This document shows positions 36,201 through 41,381 of a stretch of 64,000 bases of DNA, piece after piece. Source of the DNA: Arcobacteraceae bacterium (lineage in GTDB: Bacteria; Campylobacterota; Campylobacteria; Campylobacterales; Arcobacteraceae); contig OY759974.1 of the NCBI GenBank assembly GCA_963662945.1, forward strand, positions 928,001 through 992,000, read 5' to 3'. The first letter of the stretch is position 1; every line of letters starts with the position of its first letter. The position numbers and the translations under genes are program-made. The notes under the pieces were generated by a model. It was given only the letters and a program-made list of their open reading frames with translations. It did no database searches and was not told where the DNA came from.

Positions 36201-37531
36201 ACTGAATAAGTTCCATCTGCACCAACTGTTGTTTCATAATCAGTTCCATTTACTGTTACTGTTACTGTGTCACCCTCAGCGATATCTCCACCGTTTGCAG
36301 TTCCACTTACTGTGATTGTTGCTTCTCCACTTTCACTAGCATTGATAATATCATCTCCTGCAATTGTAGAAACTGTTACTGTTCCTGCATCTGCTGTTGT
36401 ATCTACTGTGATATCTCTTGCACCTTCACTTGTTACTGTGTTACCTGCTGCGTCTGTTGAAGAAACTGATACTGCAACTGAGTTATCAGCTACTAAATCT
36501 GTTGTTGCTACATCTACTGAATAAGTTCCATCTGCACCAACTGTTGTTTCATAATCAGTTCCATTTACTGTTACTGTTACTGTGTCACCCTCAGCGATAT
36601 CTCCACCGTTTGCAGTTCCACTTACTGTGATTGTTGCTTCTCCACTTTCACTAGCATTGATAATATCATCTCCTGCAATTGTAGAAACTGTTACTGTTCC
36701 TGCATCTGCTGTTGTATCTGCACTAAATGCAGTTGCACTTGCTGTTTCTGATATATTCCCTGCCTCATCTGAGAGTGTTGCTGTTACTGTTGATTCTGGA
36801 TTAATATCTATTATTATTCCATTCTCTATATCTTCAGCTGTTAGTGTTACTGTTGTTTCTACTCCATCAACTGTATATGTTAATATATCTCCTACTTCAC
36901 TTCCAGATACATCAATTGTTGCTGTTACTGTGCCATCTTCGCCTAACTCATTTGCATTGTAAATGCCATCACCATTTATATCTGCTGCTTCAATTGTTAC
37001 TGTTGGGGTACCGATTTGTGTATCTAATGACTGTTCTTCTGTAGGTACTGTTGGTTCTATATTATTATCTGTATTATTATCTGTATTATTGAAAGAACTT
37101 CTAGAGGTGTCTATTTCATTTAATTCTATAGATTGATTATTTTCTTCTCCAACACCTATGTCATTATTCTCTTGATTAAACTCTACTCTTTGCTCTATGA
37201 CTACATCATCATTTAATGTATTAAGTAACTGTATATCATTTACTAAAGTTGCTTTTAAATCTGATATAGTTGTATCAGCAACCACAGTTTGTTCAAAATC
37301 ATATTCTTGATTGAATTGTTCTAAATTTTGATTATTCTCAAAATTATTCTGATTATTTTCAGGCTTTGTAGAATTTTTACTACCTTGATTTTCTCCATCT
37401 TCTTGGATAACACCAGATGTAACAAAATCTTCAAGAGATATTCCTAAACCACCTTGTTTACTTACCTGATCTTCTTCTCTTTCAATATCGTCAGATATTT
37501 GTTGTCCTAAAGTTTCATCAATATTTGCCAT
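21245..37531 (-). CDS. Giant RTX/LapA-BapA-like T1SS-secreted Ca2+-binding adhesin, 5428 aa
   Basis: 36 x 105-aa Ig-like repeats (DAAGN motif), RTX nonapeptides (GGDGNDT, AGAGNDT, GGSGTDT), cadherin-like NDAP..DD..TDED domain, no signal peptide, adjacent T1SS. Confidence 0.93.
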   Translation of the reverse strand: MANIDETLGQQISDDIEREEDQVSKQGGLGISLEDFVTSGVIQEDGENQGSKNSTKPENNQNNFENNQNLEQFNQEYDFEQTVVADTTISDLKATLVNDIQLLNTLNDDVVIEQRVEFNQENNDIGVGEENNQSIELNEIDTSRSSFNNTDNNTDNNIEPTVPTEEQSLDTQIGTPTVTIEAADINGDGIYNANELGEDGTVTATIDVSGSEVGDILTYTVDGVETTVTLTAEDIENGIIIDINPESTVTATLSDEAGNISETASATAFSADTTADAGTVTVSTIAGDDIINASESGEATITVSGTANGGDIAEGDTVTVTVNGTDYETTVGADGTYSVDVATTDLVADNSVAVSVSSTDAAGNTVTSEGARDITVDTTADAGTVTVSTIAGDDIINASESGEATITVSGTANGGDIAEGDTVTVTVNGTDYETTVGADGTYSVDVATTDLVADNSVAVSVSSTDAAGNTVTSEGARDITVDTTADAGTVTVSTIAGDDIINASESGEATITVSGTANGGDIAEGDTVTVTVNGTDYETTVGADGTYSVDVATTDLVADNSVAVSVSSTDAAGNTVTSEGARDITVDTTADAGTVTVSTIAGDDIINASESGEATITVSGTANGGDIAEGDTVTVTVNGTDYETTVGADGTYSVDVATTDLVADNSVAVSVSSTDAAGNTVTSEGARDITVDTTADAGTVTVSTIAGDDIINASESGEATITVSGTANGGDIAEGDTVTVTVNGTDYETTVGADGTYSVDVATTDLVADNSVAVSVSSTDAAGNTVTSEGARDITVDTTADAGTVTVSTIAGDDIINASESGEATITVSGTANGGDIAEGDTVTVTVNGTDYETTVGADGTYSVDVATTDLVADNSVAVSVSSTDAAGNTVTSEGARDITVDTTADAGTVTVSTIAGDDIINASESGEATITVSGTANGGDIAEGDTVTVTVNGTDYETTVGADGTYSVDVATTDLVADNSVAVSVSSTDAAGNTVTSEGARDITVDTTADAGTVTVSTIAGDDIINASESGEATITVSGTANGGDIAEGDTVTVTVNGTDYETTVGADGTYSVDVATTDLVADNSVAVSVSSTDAAGNTVTSEGARDITVDTTADAGTVTVSTIAGDDIINASESGEATITVSGTANGGDIAEGDTVTVTVNGTDYETTVGADGTYSVDVATTDLVADNSVAVSVSSTDAAGNTVTSEGARDITVDTTADAGTVTVSTIAGDDIINASESGEATITVSGTANGGDIAEGDTVTVTVNGTDYETTVGADGTYSVDVATTDLVADNSVAVSVSSTDAAGNTVTSEGARDITVDTTADAGTVTVSTIAGDDIINASESGEATITVSGTANGGDIAEGDTVTVTVNGTDYETTVGADGTYSVDVATTDLVADNSVAVSVSSTDAAGNTVTSEGARDITVDTTADAGTVTVSTIAGDDIINASESGEATITVSGTANGGDIAEGDTVTVTVNGTDYETTVGADGTYSVDVATTDLVADNSVAVSVSSTDAAGNTVTSEGARDITVDTTADAGTVTVSTIAGDDIINASESGEATITVSGTANGGDIAEGDTVTVTVNGTDYETTVGADGTYSVDVATTDLVADNSVAVSVSSTDAAGNTVTSEGARDITVDTTADAGTVTVSTIAGDDIINASESGEATITVSGTANGGDIAEGDTVTVTVNGTDYETTVGADGTYSVDVATTDLVADNSVAVSVSSTDAAGNTVTSEGARDITVDTTADAGTVTVSTIAGDDIINASESGEATITVSGTANGGDIAEGDTVTVTVNGTDYETTVGADGTYSVDVATTDLVADNSVAVSVSSTDAAGNTVTSEGARDITVDTTADAGTVTVSTIAGDDIINASESGEATITVSGTANGGDIAEGDTVTVTVNGTDYETTVGADGTYSVDVATTDLVADNSVAVSVSSTDAAGNTVTSEGARDITVDTTADAGTVTVSTIAGDDIINASESGEATITVSGTANGGDIAEGDTVTVTVNGTDYETTVGADGTYSVDVATTDLVADNSVAVSVSSTDAAGNTVTSEGARDITVDTTADAGTVTVSTIAGDDIINASESGEATITVSGTANGGDIAEGDTVTVTVNGTDYETTVGADGTYSVDVATTDLVADNSVAVSVSSTDAAGNTVTSEGARDITVDTTADAGTVTVSTIAGDDIINASESGEATITVSGTANGGDIAEGDTVTVTVNGTDYETTVGADGTYSVDVATTDLVADNSVAVSVSSTDAAGNTVTSEGARDITVDTTADAGTVTVSTIAGDDIINASESGEATITVSGTANGGDIAEGDTVTVTVNGTDYETTVGADGTYSVDVATTDLVADNSVAVSVSSTDAAGNTVTSEGARDITVDTTADAGTVTVSTIAGDDIINASESGEATITVSGTANGGDIAEGDTVTVTVNGTDYETTVGADGTYSVDVATTDLVADNSVAVSVSSTDAAGNTVTSEGARDITVDTTADAGTVTVSTIAGDDIINASESGEATITVSGTANGGDIAEGDTVTVTVNGTDYETTVGADGTYSVDVATTDLVADNSVAVSVSSTDAAGNTVTSEGARDITVDTTADAGTVTVSTIAGDDIINASESGEATITVSGTANGGDIAEGDTVTVTVNGTDYETTVGADGTYSVDVATTDLVADNSVAVSVSSTDAAGNTVTSEGARDITVDTTADAGTVTVSTIAGDDIINASESGEATITVSGTANGGDIAEGDTVTVTVNGTDYETTVGADGTYSVDVATTDLVADNSVAVSVSSTDAAGNTVTSEGARDITVDTTADAGTVTVSTIAGDDIINASESGEATITVSGTANGGDIAEGDTVTVTVNGTDYETTVGADGTYSVDVATTDLVADNSVAVSVSSTDAAGNTVTSEGARDITVDTTADAGTVTVSTIAGDDIINASESGEATITVSGTANGGDIAEGDTVTVTVNGTDYETTVGADGTYSVDVATTDLVADNSVAVSVSSTDAAGNTVTSEGARDITVDTTADAGTVTVSTIAGDDIINASESGEATITVSGTANGGDIAEGDTVTVTVNGTDYETTVGADGTYSVDVATTDLVADNSVAVSVSSTDAAGNTVTSEGARDITVDTTADAGTVTVSTIAGDDIINASESGEATITVSGTANGGDIAEGDTVTVTVNGTDYETTVGADGTYSVDVATTDLVADNSVAVSVSSTDAAGNTVTSEGARDITVDTTADAGTVTVSTIAGDDIINASESGEATITVSGTANGGDIAEGDTVTVTVNGTDYETTVGADGTYSVDVATTDLVADNSVAVSVSSTDAAGNTVTSEGARDITVDTTADAGTVTVSTIAGDDIINASESGEATITVSGTANGGDIAEGDTVTVTVNGTDYETTVGADGTYSVDVATTDLVADNSVAVSVSSTDAAGNTVTSEGARDITVDTTADAGTVTVSTIAGDDIINASESGEATITVSGTANGGDIAEGDTVTVTVNGTDYETTVGADGTYSVDVATTDLVADNSVAVSVSSTDAAGNTVTSEGARDITVDTTADAGTVTVSTIAGDDIINASESGEATITVSGTANGGDIAEGDTVTVTVNGTDYETTVGADGTYSVDVATTDLVADNSVAVSVSSTDAAGNTVTSEGARDITVDTTADAGTVTVSTIAGDDIINASESGEATITVSGTANGGDIAEGDTVTVTVNGTDYETTVGADGTYSVDVATTDLVADNSVAVSVSSTDAAGNTVTSEGARDITVDTTADAGTVTVSTIAGDDIINASESGEATITVSGTANGGDIAEGDTVTVTVNGTDYETTVGADGTYSVDVATTDLVADNSVAVSVSSTDAAGNTVTSEGARDITVDTTADAGTVTVSTIAGDDIINASESGEATITVSGTANGGDIAEGDTVTVTVNGTDYETTVGADGTYSVDVATTDLVADNSVAVSVSSTDAAGNTVTSEGARDITVDTTADAGTVTVSTIAGDDIINASESGEATITVSGTANGGDIAEGDTVTVTVNGTDYETTVGADGTYSVDVATTDLVADNSVAVSVSSTDAAGNTVTSEGARDITVDTEASDADLLSITDIVDNDGDYTSVTMTGTGAEVGNTITLYNEDNQAVGTTEVQADGTWSIQIENLTGTPINDNEFFSVTETDSAGNTTEQTDTTHYWHGNWSNGNTESTDDFVMAGSGNDTINTDDTLSGTNENGYVTSTNDDTNDSVVIDGGDGNDTVTFGKDMSDYTITTDAQGNIIVTEGAASDSDGDGIGDVTELRNVETIKFADGTYDTATGNFVSNDTQADDLTASIDVGDATVVMAQVDVVDTVANQEAGIYERDGSYYQEVDTNQVDTDALRELGYTIDSEGNFYVIDENAPKVLVEQEVQREVTHVVETDPIMKEATETTTFESLGNEFSHTPGTIESGTSTTITLDETTKNIELDFNHFTHGSLQIEFLNDAGEVIATRTTYPTGNDERGYGFGEEFSAVRLTANGSDIEVESIQGRGLPETVTVEAGGLVPDYDAMEAAGISWSETEHQTITQSADITNIGNVGNSKVDGFNPEDHESSQVFDFGPDLANRLVTITVEMEVKGSWDNNTTSTNDYFSVSANGKELDVNYYSSNSNANTYESDDVSYLGWDQSETYTYEYQVYLDDNGQAQLDFMVASTASDEIVNVKDIEVTYEGQSGWVKEETTTETYTESVLVDAPAQQVDASEIEGGVPMVSQEIVVEPMMTTEDVVNGYVYPVDISAALSDTDGSESLSVVITGVPEGATLSEGINNGDGTWTISVPEGATSIEDSLTITVPAGIGEFELSIVATGTELSTGDTNTVIDTDIAYIPNDAPEASDDIATTDEDSSVIVDATNNDTDSDGDELSIVAIDGQDVTNGQVATITDTDGNELGTAIVTPNGEVEFTPSQYFATLDQGENTDVTFTYTVSDGVDTDTADITVNVTGVDHEASAPTLDMEIGDAVVTEVNPEQTVTFTDTTTDYVNGGWDTAEYNLGGNTHSVDVTFRNNMGQDDAKVELLDENGNIVDTIVIDVNNGNQVQTITSEEEFSSIKISGNSWSDSFEVIAVSAEVIPIDGNVINSANNYWTNNETINGTEASDIINVGMGDNKEINAGAGNDTIEAPVSLWNNFGTGHNIDGGSGTDTLVIDAPRDNGSVRFNIIDNGDGTHTIQQVGYNAWGEWDLDHYEVTTQNVENIQFRDGIVSLGTDSSIPDNTETVYSYDIDLNAGLTDTDGSETLSDITLNNIPDGATLTDANGNEISANLDGTYTITPNENGDATVTLSAPSELDDDSISGITASVTSTEINGGDTSTVVTNEDNSLDAMGDISDDGDFTFDMDDIDIDFNNIDVDSELAHINSIDMTEGSHEISNLDAQDVLNMTGDNNTLTILGDADDRVSLDSDIWTPGETTIDENGNEFNTFTSTAGSGDELQTIQIMIDSNVQVDQS
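25374..36719 (-). repeat. Tandem array of 36 copies of a 315-bp unit (plus 6 bp) inside the adhesin gene
   Basis: Exact 315-bp periodicity (shadow ORFs recur every 315 bp from 25393 to 36418); no variant copy seen by eye. Confidence 0.97.
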
Positions 37532-37591
37532 AATTCATCCTAGTATTAGATTTGTATATTTAATTCTAGAACAAATTAATAATTTTGTATA

Positions 37592-37607
37592 GTATACTTT
37601 GGTATAA
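37592..37607. promoter_or_regulatory. Candidate operator GTATACTTTGGTATAA upstream of the adhesin
   Basis: TATAC-N4-GTATA palindrome, 15/16 match to 21148-21163; about 24 bp upstream of a minus-strand TAGAAT at 37563-37568. Confidence 0.45.
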
Positions 37608-37624
37608 ATTTAGAAATTTTTTAC

Positions 37625-38164
37625 TTATTTTACCTTAGGTCTAAATGGTTTTATTACACTTTCATCACACTCTAAAAATGGACCTTCCATTAAATCAATG
37701 CAGTATGGAATTGCAGGGAAAACTGCATCAAGACATTCTCTTATTGATTTTGGTTTTCCTGGAAGATTTACTACTAAACTACTTCCTCTTAGTCCTGCTG
37801 TTTGTCTTGACAGTATGGCTGTTGGAACAAATTTTAAAGACTCTTGCCTCATTAATTCCCCAAATCCTGGCATCATTCTATCACATACGGCTTCTGTAGC
37901 TTCCGGAGTTACATCTCTTTTAGCTGGTCCTGTTCCACCTGTAGTTACAACTAAACAACAACCACTATTATCAACCATATCTTTTATTGTATCTTCTATT
38001 ATATTTTGTTCATCAGGGATAACTTTGTAAACTTCTTCCCAAGGTGATGTTAAATATTCATTTAATGTATCAATGATAGCTTTCCCACTAATATCATCAT
38101 ATATACCAGCACTTGCTCTATCACTTACTGTTATAATTCCTATTTTTGCTATCTCTTTACTCAT
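37625..38164 (-). CDS. mog: Molybdopterin adenylyltransferase
   Basis: SDRAS.G.Y.D.SG, TTGGTG..RDVTPEA, AILSRQ, NLPGKP. Confidence 0.96.
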   Translation of the reverse strand: MSKEIAKIGIITVSDRASAGIYDDISGKAIIDTLNEYLTSPWEEVYKVIPDEQNIIEDTIKDMVDNSGCCLVVTTGGTGPAKRDVTPEATEAVCDRMMPGFGELMRQESLKFVPTAILSRQTAGLRGSSLVVNLPGKPKSIRECLDAVFPAIPYCIDLMEGPFLECDESVIKPFRPKVK

Positions 38165-38667
38165 AAAATATGCCCCTTATCTTTTATAAAATATACATCT
38201 CCAAATTTTTTAAAAAACTCTAAAGTTTCTTGTGAATCAATAATTTTATCATTGCTTCCTAAATATATCTCTATTCTTATATTTTTATCAACCACTTGTT
38301 CTAATTTCTCTTCGTCCCAAACATAATTTAATAAATTCTCAAGTTCTTCAAAACTACCTGCACTAAAATATTTATCGGCTAATTCTTTATCAAATCCACA
38401 ATTAGTTAAAAAATTATTACAATACTGTTGAGTGTCTTTTTTAAAAAACATCAACTGCATTCTTTTATATTTAGTATCTTTATTATTAAAAAACGCAGGT
38501 GAAAAAAGTTGCAATAAATCTACTCTATTATCCGTAGAAATCACATATTCCACAGCTTTTTGTGCACCATAACTAAACCCAGATACAGTGAAATCATTTT
38601 CAACAATATACTCTTTGAAAAGTTCTTTTTCCCCTTTTAAAGAAAAACCACTAAAATACAACTTCAT
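38161..38667 (-). CDS. bioV: Pimelyl-ACP methyl ester esterase BioV
   Basis: SGFS.. and GFSYGA alpha/beta hydrolase motifs, DKII, GH; typical Campylobacterota position. Confidence 0.8.
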   Translation of the reverse strand: MKLYFSGFSLKGEKELFKEYIVENDFTVSGFSYGAQKAVEYVISTDNRVDLLQLFSPAFFNNKDTKYKRMQLMFFKKDTQQYCNNFLTNCGFDKELADKYFSAGSFEELENLLNYVWDEEKLEQVVDKNIRIEIYLGSNDKIIDSQETLEFFKKFGDVYFIKDKGHIL

Positions 38668-40144
38668 CCTTTAAAAGTTTTTCTTTTAACACTAATACTG
38701 CACCAATATTTGCGGCTATTTCATCTTTTAAATCATCTTTAGCTTTTTGTATCACACTTTCTTGTGAACTTTTCATTTTATATACTTCTACAAGATTAGA
38801 TGCTATTTTATAGGCTTCTTTAATCTCATCTTCAAACACAACATAAGGTTCCCCTTTTATAACCTCTAATGCTATACTTCCTGACAAATATTTTTTAATT
38901 TGATTTTGAAGTTGCGTAAGTGATGGGTAAATCAAGTCTTCTTGTATAATACCATTTTCAAAAAGATTTACTTTTCCTTTTGTAATATATGCTTTTCCAG
39001 CTTGATAAGTAGCAAGAATATCTTTTTGTTCATCATTCAATAAATGAATCTGTTTTTTACCATGTTGAATCTTTTGTTTTGCGATAGAAACATCCTCTTC
39101 TAAAACTGTATTTCCATCTCTTTTAATCATATTCAGCAATGATTCATTTACCAAAGTTGCCAGGGCAGCACTACTAAATCCACTTGTATCTGATGAGAGT
39201 TTTTCTATATCAAAATTGTATTTTTTATTTTTTAAATAAAGATTTAAAATTTTTAGTCTATCTTCTTTTGATGGAAGTGATAAAAATACTCTTCTATCAA
39301 ATCTACCTGCTCTTAAAAGTGCTTCGTCTAAAACTTCTATTTTATTGGTTGCTGCTATTACCATTACTCCACTATTTGACTCAAATCCATCCATTTGAGT
39401 TAAAAGTTCGTTTAAAGTAGCTTCTCTCTCATCATTACTTCCAGTACCTCTACTTTTTCCAACAGCATCTATTTCATCAATAAAAATTATAGATGGTGCT
39501 TTTGCTTTTGCAGCTGTAAATAGTTCTCGTACTTTTTTTGCACCCATTCCTACATAAATATGTACAAAACTTGCTGCACTATGATAAAAAAATGGAGCAT
39601 TTGCTTCCCCTGCAACTGCTTTTGCAATCAGTGTTTTTCCTACACCTGGAGGCCCCACTAATAATACCCCTTTAGGAAGAGAAATATTGTATTTTTGATA
39701 TTTTTTAGGATTATTTAAAAAATCTACTACCTCTTCAAGTTCCTCTTTTATACTTTCTATTCCAGCTACATCTTTAAATGTTATATTAGAACTTATTGGA
39801 GTGATAGTACTATGATATTCTAGTGATTGTTTGACATGAATATTTTCATCATTTGTTGGATAAGTCTCTTTTGCTTTTTCTAATTCATTTGAAAATCTAT
39901 TTTTTCCTAGTTTTTCTCTTATTTTATCTTTGTATTTTTGCAAAGTAAAAGTAAGTATTAAAAGTATAAATAAAAAACCAACTCCTACATAATAACTTGA
40001 ACCTTGTATTACATTATCTGTTTTTGTAAGCGTATAAAGAAATAAAACGATTAATACAATAGCAGAGATACTCATCATTTTTAAATTTTTATCTATTGCT
40101 GACTGAGTTTCTTTTTCATTTTTTTTGTTAAAATTTAGAAACAT
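38651..40144 (-). CDS. FtsH-like membrane AAA ATPase (no HEXXH)
   Basis: Two TM helices, GPPGVGKT, IFIDEID, ALLRAGRFDR. Confidence 0.88.
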   Translation of the reverse strand: MFLNFNKKNEKETQSAIDKNLKMMSISAIVLIVLFLYTLTKTDNVIQGSSYYVGVGFLFILLILTFTLQKYKDKIREKLGKNRFSNELEKAKETYPTNDENIHVKQSLEYHSTITPISSNITFKDVAGIESIKEELEEVVDFLNNPKKYQKYNISLPKGVLLVGPPGVGKTLIAKAVAGEANAPFFYHSAASFVHIYVGMGAKKVRELFTAAKAKAPSIIFIDEIDAVGKSRGTGSNDEREATLNELLTQMDGFESNSGVMVIAATNKIEVLDEALLRAGRFDRRVFLSLPSKEDRLKILNLYLKNKKYNFDIEKLSSDTSGFSSAALATLVNESLLNMIKRDGNTVLEEDVSIAKQKIQHGKKQIHLLNDEQKDILATYQAGKAYITKGKVNLFENGIIQEDLIYPSLTQLQNQIKKYLSGSIALEVIKGEPYVVFEDEIKEAYKIASNLVEVYKMKSSQESVIQKAKDDLKDEIAANIGAVLVLKEKLLKDEVVF

Positions 40145-41378
40145 TAATGTTCTCCTTTACCTCATAGTCTTCACAAACTATCCAATCTCCTATAATATCA
40201 CTCTTACTTGATACCTCTATTGGATTAAAAAACTGATCATATCCAGTATATATTTCATTTTTTTGTGATTCAATAAGTATATCCAAACTTTTTTGTCTTT
40301 GTCTAAACTCAAAGTTTTTTTGTTTTATGATCTCTTCTAATTCTTTTAATCTTTGTTTCGCAACAGCTCCATTTATTTGTGGTTTCATTGTTGCACTTGG
40401 AGTCCCATCTCTTTTACTATACGTAAAACTATGACAATGAGTAAGTGGAAATTTTTCTATATTACTCATGGCATCTTTCCAGATTTCATCACTCTCACCA
40501 GGATGCCCTACAATAAAATCCGTTCCTATTGCATAACCTTTTGAAGCTAGAAATTCAAACAATTCCAAATCTTTATCAACTTGGTTTCGTCTATTCATAA
40601 GCTTTAACATCTCTTTATTTGTATGTTGTAACGCTATATGAAGATGTTTACCCATCCAAGGCTCATCTAAAATTTCTTTGAATTGTTCTGTAATTTGTAT
40701 AGGTTCAACACTTCCTAAACGGATTCTTCGTACACCTCTTATTTGAGATATTTTTTTCAATAAAATTGCTAAACCATCGCGACCTTCAACACCTTTTCCA
40801 TAAGACCCAAGATTTGTCCCTGTAAGAATAAATTCTCCAAAACCATTTGATGCAAGTTTTGTAATCTGTTCTAAAATTTTACTTTCATCATAACTTCTTG
40901 AATCTCCTCTTACATAAGGGATAATACAGTAACTACATCTAAAATTGCATCCCTCTTGTATTTTTACAAAAGCTCTACTTTTTCCAACCATTTTTTCAAT
41001 AATAGTTTCATCAATATGTTTTAAATCACCTGCTTGAAAAAATCGTGTTTCATCTTTAAGAAGTGTATTTATTTTCTCTTTCTCACTATGACCAAAGAGA
41101 GCGTCTATTTTATTTTCTTTAAAAAGATTTTCCCCTTTTGTCCACACTCCGCAACCAGTAAAAATAACACGAGGTTTTTTAGGAAGTTTTTGTAAAAAAT
41201 TTATATAATTTCTAGCTGTACTGTCTGCACTATTTGTTACAGTACAAGAATTAATAACAACCATATCAGCATCAGATTCTTGTTGTGTCACTTCAAAATC
41301 TTTTAGATTACTCATCATTATTTGGGTATCAAAAATATTTGTACGACACCCAAATGTTTTAAAAAAAACTTTTTTCAT
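40128..41378 (-). CDS. mtaB: tRNA t6A37 methylthiotransferase
   Basis: TFGCRTN, INSCTVT, CNFRCSYC radical SAM motif. Confidence 0.93.
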   Translation of the reverse strand: MKKVFFKTFGCRTNIFDTQIMMSNLKDFEVTQQESDADMVVINSCTVTNSADSTARNYINFLQKLPKKPRVIFTGCGVWTKGENLFKENKIDALFGHSEKEKINTLLKDETRFFQAGDLKHIDETIIEKMVGKSRAFVKIQEGCNFRCSYCIIPYVRGDSRSYDESKILEQITKLASNGFGEFILTGTNLGSYGKGVEGRDGLAILLKKISQIRGVRRIRLGSVEPIQITEQFKEILDEPWMGKHLHIALQHTNKEMLKLMNRRNQVDKDLELFEFLASKGYAIGTDFIVGHPGESDEIWKDAMSNIEKFPLTHCHSFTYSKRDGTPSATMKPQINGAVAKQRLKELEEIIKQKNFEFRQRQKSLDILIESQKNEIYTGYDQFFNPIEVSSKSDIIGDWIVCEDYEVKENINVSKF

Positions 41379-41381
41379 ATT

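Noticed and set aside
25393-36962. Periodic 70-aa and 85-aa plus-strand ORFs, and the idea that the array is a CRISPR
   Set aside because: Antisense shadows of the adhesin repeat; units are contiguous 315-bp coding repeats with no unique spacers and no cas genes
10787-37600. Active prophage or integrative element
   Set aside because: The integrase lacks catalytic residues; no att repeats, tRNA target, phage or conjugation genes seen
38651-40144. FtsH-like ATPase lacking HEXXH as a novelty or pseudogene
   Set aside because: The aroB-mscS-mtaB-AAA-bioV block with this protease-less paralogue is a known conserved Campylobacterota arrangement
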